Virus record (IMG/VR): IMGVR_UViG_3300038393_002953
From: an uncultured virus (IMG/VR IMGVR_UViG_3300038393_002953)
Taxonomy: Duplodnaviria > Heunggongvirae > Uroviricota > Caudoviricetes
Length of the DNA stretch: 20,000 nucleotides
Reading direction: 5' to 3' (one strand)
Below the pieces are notes generated by a model. The model searched no databases. It had not been told where the DNA came from and saw nothing but the letters and a program-made list of their open reading frames with translations. The position numbers and the translations under genes are program-made. Positions 13,938 to 20,000 of this stretch are shown piece by piece (the first letter of the stretch is position 1; each line of letters opens with the position of its first letter).

Positions 13938-16103
13938 CTACTCCGGCATGAACGCCTGGCTCTCGGTGGGCAGCGCGCCCTCCAGGAGCTGGCGCAGGCC
14001 GTACTCGACCAGGATCTTGACCTTGGGTTTTCCGGAGGTCTCGGCGTCCTGGTTGATCGCCATGGCCTCGGAATGCTTGACCGTGCCGAAGCCGCCCGCA
14101 CCGACGCAGACGTGCGTGGTCTTGCGCGAGACCGAACCTGTCACGCGGGCACCCAGGCGCTCCAGCCGGGCCTTGAGCCCGTTCTCACCGTCGCGCTCGC
14201 CGAGTTCGGGGAACTCTCCGGTGATCACGACGACCAGGCCGGTCAGCGGCTTGGGCGACTCGTCGGGCGGCGCGGGCAGCAGGTTCAGGTGTTCTGGCAT
14301 GTACCAGAGCCATTCGCGCTGACCGATCAGCCATTCGACCAGCGCGCGCGCCGTGACCGGGCCGATGAAGGGCAGGCCCATCAGCGTCTGGGCGGCGGCT
14401 TCGGGGGACTGGCAGGCCATTTCGATCAGCGCGCGCAGCCCAAGCCCCTTGGACTCCAGGCTCTTGATCTCGGGCACGCCGAGGCCGGGGCAGCCCAGCG
14501 CCTTGAAGGCCGTGACGAACGGCTTGGCCTTGGCTTTCTCCAGCGCCTTGCGGATCTTCTGGGCGGTCTTCGTGCCGAGCGTCTTGCCCGAGGCCAGCTT
14601 CAGCCCGGACCAGGCCTCCTCGTCCAGCCCCCAGATCTGGTAAGGGTTCTGGACGCCGGATTCGACCAGCGCCGCCGCCACCTCGCCGCCGAGTCCGCTG
14701 ATGTCGAGCCGCTCGCGCGCGGCCAGGTGCTTCAGCAGGCTCGCGAGCTTGGGCTTGCAGAGCGGGTTGAGGCAGAGCAGGTGGACGCGGGTCGCGGTGG
14801 TCGGGTGGCCGCAGGCCGGGCACTCGCGCGGGTAGTCCACCACCAGCGCCATCGGCAGCAGCAGCTTGGGCACGGCCTCGTCGGTGTCGTGGTAGCGCAC
14901 GACGCCCTCGGCGACGTTCTCGTAGATCAGCCTGTTGTTCAGGATCGCGAGCGTCTCGGGGATGATCATGTTGGCCTTGCGCACGCCGATCTCGACGCCG
15001 GGCGCCAGGCGGAACAGGTTGACGCGCCGCAGGTTGCAGAGCGTCGAGTAGCGCACCTTCGTGCCTTCGAGCTGCACCTCGTCGAACAGGCCGCGCGGGG
15101 CCAGCACGTTCGAGCGGCCCGGGCGCCACTCGATGTCTCGCAGGATCGTCTTGACGATCGTGTCGGGGAACTTGAAGGCGATCGCCCCCAGGATGTTCTC
15201 GGCGTCCTCGCCCATGGCCGCGAAGAGCGCGTTGTCGTTGACGCGCAGGATCACGCCGTCGGTGGGCAGGTAGTAGGCGCGGAAGGGCGAGAGCTTCGCG
15301 ATCAGCTCGGGGCCGTCGAGACCGGCCAGCTCGTCGAAGGGGAAGGTCATGAACATGGGCGTCTCGAAGCCCATGGCCTCCAGGTACTTGATCTCCTGGT
15401 CGTGGCTGTGCATGTTGTGGCCGCCGTAGGAGATCAGGCGGTAGGCGACCACCTTGAGGTGCGCGAGTTCCTTGGGCGAGGGCTCCAGGCGGCGCAGGAT
15501 GCCCGCCGCCGCGTTGCGCGGGTTGGCCCAGAGGTCCTCCTCCTCGCCGCCAGCGTCCAGGATCTCCTGGTTGAGGAACTCGACCGACTCCCAGGTCATG
15601 GCGACCTCGGCGCGCACCTGCGTGAGCCCGCCGAAGCCGAGCGTCTGGGGGAAGCCCTGGACGTGGCGGAGGTTGTGGGTCACGTCGTCGCCGGTCACGC
15701 CGTCGCCGCGCGTCGCGGCCTGGACGAGCTGGCCGTCCTCGTAGATCAGGTCGATCGCCATGCCGTCCACCTTCGCGGTGCCGGTCAGGCCGAGTCTGAG
15801 GTCCTCGCCGGTCTGCGAGGCGGCGATCGCACGCTTCATGAACGCGCCGAACTTCTCGGGCTTCGAGTGCTTCATCTTGTCGATCGAGAGCATGCGGATC
15901 TGGTGCGTGACGCGGCGCAGGCCCTCGGTCGGCGCGCCCAGCTTCTGGTACTTCTGCTCGGTGCGGTCGAGGAATTGCTGCGCCAGACGCTCGAACTCGC
16001 CGTCAGACATGATCGGCGCGTTGCGGTCGTAGGCGTCCTGCGCGGCGTCGAGGACCGCGCGCAGCTCCTCGATAGGGAGCGTCTCGATGGCTTCGGCGGA
16101 CAT
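13938..16103 (-). CDS. ligA: NAD-dependent DNA ligase
   Basis: MSD.EF, H...MLSIDK, KVDG adenylation motif, TRGDG.TGDDVT.N, NPRNAAAG, IAFKF, CPAC...C.NP.C zinc finger, HhH motifs and a C-terminal BRCT domain (VVITG...GARVTGSVSRKT). Confidence 0.97.
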   Translation of the reverse strand: MSAEAIETLPIEELRAVLDAAQDAYDRNAPIMSDGEFERLAQQFLDRTEQKYQKLGAPTEGLRRVTHQIRMLSIDKMKHSKPEKFGAFMKRAIAASQTGEDLRLGLTGTAKVDGMAIDLIYEDGQLVQAATRGDGVTGDDVTHNLRHVQGFPQTLGFGGLTQVRAEVAMTWESVEFLNQEILDAGGEEEDLWANPRNAAAGILRRLEPSPKELAHLKVVAYRLISYGGHNMHSHDQEIKYLEAMGFETPMFMTFPFDELAGLDGPELIAKLSPFRAYYLPTDGVILRVNDNALFAAMGEDAENILGAIAFKFPDTIVKTILRDIEWRPGRSNVLAPRGLFDEVQLEGTKVRYSTLCNLRRVNLFRLAPGVEIGVRKANMIIPETLAILNNRLIYENVAEGVVRYHDTDEAVPKLLLPMALVVDYPRECPACGHPTTATRVHLLCLNPLCKPKLASLLKHLAARERLDISGLGGEVAAALVESGVQNPYQIWGLDEEAWSGLKLASGKTLGTKTAQKIRKALEKAKAKPFVTAFKALGCPGLGVPEIKSLESKGLGLRALIEMACQSPEAAAQTLMGLPFIGPVTARALVEWLIGQREWLWYMPEHLNLLPAPPDESPKPLTGLVVVITGEFPELGERDGENGLKARLERLGARVTGSVSRKTTHVCVGAGGFGTVKHSEAMAINQDAETSGKPKVKILVEYGLRQLLEGALPTESQAFMPE

Positions 16104-16112
16104 GGCGACCTC

Positions 16113-16298
16113 CTAGCGGCTGCCGGGGCAGCGGCGGTTGGTGCAGCTCTGGGCGACCGCGCCGGTCGTGCCGAACTTGCTCAGCTTCTTGGTCTGCGGA
16201 TCCTTCCAGAGGACGTGCGTGTCGTCGCAGGTCGCGCAGGCGTAGCGGCTGGGGGAAGCGGAGGACTGGTGCGGCAGCGCGGGCCGTTGGTTGTACAC
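16113..16298 (-). CDS. small zinc-ribbon-like hypothetical protein
   Basis: AAGGAG RBS, GTG start, CATC...CTNRRC. Confidence 0.6.
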   Translation of the reverse strand: MYNQRPALPHQSSASPSRYACATCDDTHVLWKDPQTKKLSKFGTTGAVAQSCTNRRCPGSR

Positions 16299-16332
16299 GG
16301 TTTTCTCCTTCTATCATGCGGGGAACGAGGGT

Positions 16333-16362
16333 ATTGTACCCACGGCTATCACGTCCTGTCAA
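16333..16362 (-). promoter_or_regulatory. sigma70-type promoter (leftward, ligA operon)
   Basis: TTGACA-18 bp-TACAAT. Confidence 0.75.
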
Positions 16363-16389
16363 TTAAGTACGGGTTAAGCTGGCTACGTC

Positions 16390-16419
16390 TTGGCAACTCC
16401 GCTACGACTGTGTTATTCT
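16390..16419 (+). promoter_or_regulatory. sigma70-type promoter (rightward)
   Basis: TTGGCA-18 bp-TATTCT with TGn extension. Confidence 0.55.
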
Positions 16420-16446
16420 GGTGGAAAGGAAGGGGACACCCGCAGG

Positions 16447-17073
16447 ATGAGCGCTGGCGCGACGTCTTTCAGAAACGTAATTCTTCAGCGCACCCGGGCC
16501 AACTGCGAGGGATGCCGCGCCTGCTCGCGCGCGGAGACCCGCAAGGCGGTCCTCTGGGGTCGCGGCGCCGAGACCGCGCCGTACATGATCGTCGGCGCGT
16601 TCCCTGGCCCGCTGGAGGACAAGAATCGCGCGCCTTTCTCCGGTCCCACCGGCAAGCTGATCGAGCGTCTCGCCAAGGCGCTCCGCCTGGACCCCGCCAG
16701 GGACCTGTTCTTCACGCAGGTGGTGCGCTGCTTCGACGGCTCAGCCGAGCCCGCGCTGACGCCGGAGCATGTCGAGGCCTGTCGCCCCTGGCTCGTCGCG
16801 CAGATCGAGACGATCCGACCGCGCGTGATCCTGGCGCTCGGCGAGGTGCCGCTGCGCTGGTTCACCGGGGGCGTCGGCGACATCGAGGCCATGCGGGGTC
16901 AGTGGATCTCGTGGCGCGGCTTCGACGTCATGCCGACCGTGATGCCGCAGAGCTGGATGGACGAGGCGACGCTCGCGCGCTGCCGGGCCGAGTGGCGGCT
17001 CGCTGCCTCGCGCAAATGGAGCGCCGACGGCGCGGTCTGGCATGGCCGGGGCGCCTTGAACGGTCGAGAATAG
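16447..17073 (+). CDS. uracil-DNA glycosylase family 4-like protein with altered catalytic motifs
   Basis: CxxC, MIVGAFPG..ED...PF.G..GKL, T.VV.C, C.PWL..QI..I.P.VILALG and MRG.W. ATG 16447 preferred because the TTG at 16390 overlaps the promoter. Confidence 0.9.
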   Translation: MSAGATSFRNVILQRTRANCEGCRACSRAETRKAVLWGRGAETAPYMIVGAFPGPLEDKNRAPFSGPTGKLIERLAKALRLDPARDLFFTQVVRCFDGSAEPALTPEHVEACRPWLVAQIETIRPRVILALGEVPLRWFTGGVGDIEAMRGQWISWRGFDVMPTVMPQSWMDEATLARCRAEWRLAASRKWSADGAVWHGRGALNGRE

Positions 17074-17086
17074 GAGAATCCACCCC

Positions 17087-17521
17087 ATGATGCTCGAAGA
17101 CGAGAATTCCCCCCGGCGCCCGTCCCGGCCCCCCTTCGACAAGGACAAGACCGAGTTCATCGGCTTCGTCTCGGAGTCCGGCAGGCTGATGTTCCTGGAC
17201 ATGGCCGCCGACCACCGCCACACCGTCGAGGTCAGGATCACCCCGACTACCGGCTACGGCGCGCCCGAGAGCCAGTACCGCGTCGAGGTGGTCTCGCGCT
17301 TCCCGGACAAGATCGCCTGGTTCAAGTACATGTACCAGCAGCACCTGCGCACGATCCTGGCCTGCAACAAGGCGCTCAAGGATCCCCTGGAGGTGCCCTC
17401 CGACGAGATCGCGCGACGCCCCGAGGAGTTCTGCCGCCAGGTCGGCCCTCGTCCGTCCCCCGAGCCCACCCCGTCGCTCGTCGAGGCGCCGGAGTCGCTG
17501 CCCCAGAAGGACTGGTTCTAG
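17087..17521 (+). CDS. hypothetical protein
   Basis: AGGAG RBS, GC3-biased codons, tight packing. Confidence 0.75.
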   Translation: MMLEDENSPRRPSRPPFDKDKTEFIGFVSESGRLMFLDMAADHRHTVEVRITPTTGYGAPESQYRVEVVSRFPDKIAWFKYMYQQHLRTILACNKALKDPLEVPSDEIARRPEEFCRQVGPRPSPEPTPSLVEAPESLPQKDWF

Positions 17522-17522
17522 C

Positions 17523-18623
17523 ATGCTGCGCGTCCTCAACATCGCCCACCTCGATGTGGACGGTATCTCCTCGGCGCTGCCGATCGCCTTCGCGCACCCC
17601 GGCGCGCACGTCACGCGCCGCTTCGTCGCGACAGACGAGGCCGAGTGGGACCTGCTCAAGGCGCTGCGCGAGCGCCGCACGCCCTACGACCTGATCATCC
17701 TCTCGGACGTCTCTTTCCGCGTGCCCGGCGAGACGCTGCCCGAGATGGAGGACGCCGAGAAGAAGAAGCGGCTGGCGAAGCTGCTGAACGAGGATCTGCC
17801 CCAGGCGATCCGCGAGTACCGCGCGCGCGGCGGGAGGTTGATCCTGCTCGACCACCACAAGAGCGCGCTCAAGGCACAGGCTTACTACGCCGAGGAACTC
17901 GACCCCGCCTCGATCGTGATGACGGTGGACGAGGAGGGCGCGCCGATCGCGGGCGCCGAGGTGGCCTTCCGCTACTACATGGCCGTCTCGGGCGGCGGCT
18001 TCACGCAGTCCTTCTCGCTGGGCCAGGGCCCCGACTTCGCCCGCCTCCTCGCCGACCTCTGCCGCGTGACCTCGGACTTCGACGCCTGGCGCGACCCCAG
18101 CGGCCTGGGCGGCTACATGGCCATGGCGACCGAGGTGATGAACGACCCCCAGGGCGTCTACGAGTGCTTCCTCCAGGCGCTCGAAAGCGCGCGCGAGTGG
18201 TTGACCGCGACCGGCTCCTATTCCTGGCGCGACGCGGTACCTCCCCTGTTCGGCGAGTACATGGACCTCGCGGGCGAGAAGTACCAGGCCGCCGTCGATC
18301 AAGCTTGGGAGAGCCTGGTCGATCACGGCGGCGGCGTGGTCGAGATCTTCGCGGACTTCTTCCCCTCGCTCGTCGCCAAGGAGATCTACGACGATCACGG
18401 CGGCGCCGTGATCGTGCGCTACCGCAAGGACCGGAACAAGGCCAACCGCGTCTCGCTGCGCCGCCACCCCCGCGTCGCGCTCGACTTGGACGCGTTCGCG
18501 CGCCGCTTCGGCGGCGGCGGGCACGAGGCCTCCGCCGGGATCCGCTTCGACGAGAAGGCCGTCTCGATCGACGACATCGCCGCCGCCCTGCGCGCGGAAC
18601 TGGAGCAGAAACATAATGTTTGA
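17523..18623 (+). CDS. DHH/DHHA1-family phosphoesterase
   Basis: HLDVDG, ILSD, LLDHH, D.W, VSLR and GGGGH..SAG motifs. Confidence 0.9.
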   Translation: MLRVLNIAHLDVDGISSALPIAFAHPGAHVTRRFVATDEAEWDLLKALRERRTPYDLIILSDVSFRVPGETLPEMEDAEKKKRLAKLLNEDLPQAIREYRARGGRLILLDHHKSALKAQAYYAEELDPASIVMTVDEEGAPIAGAEVAFRYYMAVSGGGFTQSFSLGQGPDFARLLADLCRVTSDFDAWRDPSGLGGYMAMATEVMNDPQGVYECFLQALESAREWLTATGSYSWRDAVPPLFGEYMDLAGEKYQAAVDQAWESLVDHGGGVVEIFADFFPSLVAKEIYDDHGGAVIVRYRKDRNKANRVSLRRHPRVALDLDAFARRFGGGGHEASAGIRFDEKAVSIDDIAAALRAELEQKHNV

Positions 18624-19248
18624 AGCCATCACTCCGGAACTCGACTTCACACTGGATTGCGAGTCCAACGGACTGTATGGACAGGTCTTCGCGATCGGCT
18701 ATTCCGTGCGCGACGCCGAGGGTAACGTCCTGGAGCGCGGCTACGCGGGCGCCGACCCGAGCCTCTACAAGGACCTCGGCATCCTGGACCCCTGGGTCGA
18801 GGCCAACGTCCTGCCCCACCTGCCGCCGCATACCCACCAGACCGCCTACGACGTGCGTCAGTGGTTCTGGCCGATCTGGATGCGCTGGAAGGCCATGGGT
18901 GCGAAGCTCTACGCCGACTGCGCCTACCCCGTCGAGGCGGGCTTCCTGGCCGACTGCGTGCGCGACGACGAGGCCAGCCGCCAGTGGGACGGGCCCTACC
19001 CCTTCCACGAGATCGCCTCGTTCCTGGCCGCCGCCGGGATGGATCCGCTCGCGGTCTACGACCGCCTGCACGAGGAGGAGCCCAGGCACCACCCCGAGGC
19101 CGACTCGCTCCAGTCCGGGCGCCTGCTGTTCGAGGCCAAGCGCCTGCTGCGCCAGCGCGAGATCGGCTCGCGGAGGACCGCCTTGATCGACGCCGACATC
19201 AAGCACAACCAGCCAAGTACCCTCAACCCCGAAACCAAGGAGTCCTAG
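18616..19248 (+). CDS. DEDDh 3'-5' exonuclease (DnaQ-like)
   Basis: LDCESNGL (ExoI), WV..NVLPHL, and HHPEADS (ExoIII HxxxxD). Confidence 0.75.
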   Translation: MFEAITPELDFTLDCESNGLYGQVFAIGYSVRDAEGNVLERGYAGADPSLYKDLGILDPWVEANVLPHLPPHTHQTAYDVRQWFWPIWMRWKAMGAKLYADCAYPVEAGFLADCVRDDEASRQWDGPYPFHEIASFLAAAGMDPLAVYDRLHEEEPRHHPEADSLQSGRLLFEAKRLLRQREIGSRRTALIDADIKHNQPSTLNPETKES

Positions 19249-19251
19249 GCC

Positions 19252-19521
19252 ATGAAATGTTTCAAGCTGGTCCGCCACGAGGACGAAAGCGGCGTGTCGG
19301 GGACCGGGGTCGTGGCCCAGGGCGTGATCTTCGACGACGGCCAGGCGGCCATGCGCTGGCTGACCAAGGACTGCTCGACGGGTATTTACGACTCGATCGA
19401 GGCCCTGGAGCGCATCCATGGCCACGGCGGCAAGACCAGGGTCGTCTACTGCGATCCCGACGCCAAGGAGTTCGCGCGGCGCCTTCACCAGTCTTTCTAC
19501 GACAAGGGGGTCGAGGGATGA
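19252..19521 (+). CDS. conserved phage hypothetical protein
   Basis: F.L.R..D.SGVSGTGVVA.GV.F.DG...RW...IHGHGG.T pattern. AAGGAG RBS. Confidence 0.8.
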   Translation: MKCFKLVRHEDESGVSGTGVVAQGVIFDDGQAAMRWLTKDCSTGIYDSIEALERIHGHGGKTRVVYCDPDAKEFARRLHQSFYDKGVEG

Positions 19522-19811
19522 GGCGCCTGATCGCGACGCTGTTGTTGCTCCCCCTGGCCTGGGGGACGCCGCAGCCCCCGGCCCAGGCGCTCGACCTCGC
19601 GAGCGGCGCGGGCCACCTCGGCGTCACCTACATGCTGACCGACCAGCTCATGCGCTCCGGCCAGACCCAGGACCAGGCCATGCTGACCGCGATGTTCGTC
19701 ATGCTGCTGGCCCAGGCGCTCTACCCGCCCGCCGATCCCGTCGCCTCGTTCGGCGGCTCCATGCTCGGCGCGGCGACGGCCAGCCGTCTCCAGCTCCGCT
19801 ACAACTTCTAG
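19518..19811 (+). CDS. small signal-peptide/membrane protein
   Basis: ATGA overlap. MRRLIATLLLLPLAWG...AQA signal-like N-terminus and further hydrophobic segments. Confidence 0.65.
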   Translation: MRRLIATLLLLPLAWGTPQPPAQALDLASGAGHLGVTYMLTDQLMRSGQTQDQAMLTAMFVMLLAQALYPPADPVASFGGSMLGAATASRLQLRYNF

Positions 19812-19820
19812 GAGGCCCCG

Positions 19821-20000
19821 ATGCTCGGCAACCGACCCAGTTGGGACGACTACTTCATGATGATGGCGAGCGTCGCGGCCATGCGCGCGACTTGCGACCG
19901 GCTGCACGTCGGCGCGGTGATCGTGCGCGATCGCCACATCATCGAGACCGGCTACAACGGCGCGCCCCCGGGCCAGCCTCACTGCGACGACGTGGGCCAC
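19821..20000 (+). CDS. dCMP deaminase (ComEB-type), 3'-truncated by window edge
   Basis: Hand-translated [69 protein letters not shown]. Confidence 0.92.
   Translation, partial: MLGNRPSWDDYFMMMASVAAMRATCDRLHVGAVIVRDRHIIETGYNGAPPGQPHCDDVGH

Noticed and set aside
14073..17090. 1005-aa plus-strand ORF and other long Arg/Ala/Gly-rich ORFs (e.g. 8..688, 8162..9121, 17376..18668, 18001..19488)
   Set aside because: Shadow or antisense frames of real genes, expected at high GC content, with no motifs or RBS.
1..20000. Genome-wide TAG or TGA stop-codon reassignment
   Set aside because: Conserved genes are full length in the standard code. ligA and the UDG-like gene end at TAG followed by an RBS, and many ATGA overlaps use TGA as stop.
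1..20000. Recombinase or transposase for the junction sites
   Set aside because: No ORF shows the tyrosine-recombinase R...HxxR...Y, serine-recombinase or DDE motifs. Any such enzyme must be elsewhere or host-encoded.

Overview
GC-rich, gene-dense segment that looks like part of a large (possibly jumbo) bacteriophage genome: about 48 mostly short ORFs, with no RNA genes, CRISPR array or transposase. Recognisable genes are a HIRAN-domain protein, a DUF488-like protein, a stand-alone DUF262 protein, a P-loop NTPase, a homing-endonuclease-associated-repeat protein, a HAD-domain protein, an S24/S26-like peptidase, an ABA-sandwich protein, NAD-dependent DNA ligase (ligA), a family-4-like uracil-DNA glycosylase with altered catalytic motifs, a DHH phosphoesterase, a DEDD exonuclease and dCMP deaminase. 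Two similar back-to-back sigma70 promoter pairs (about 9.3 kb and 16.35 kb) and two terminators (about 2.74 kb and 11.0 kb) organise transcription. The main discovery is in two minus-strand islands of tiny genes (about 2.8-8.2 kb and 13.1-13.9 kb). Most gene junctions there carry a 28-bp element readable as 11-bp arm / 6-bp core / 11-bp arm, the geometry of dif/pdif-type tyrosine-recombinase sites. The 17-18 copies all point the same way and use only four core hexamers (CACTAA, CRACAA, GGATGA, GAGGCA), which recur in a fixed order. This suggests an undescribed gene-cassette exchange system, though no recombinase is encoded in the window and the mechanism is inference.
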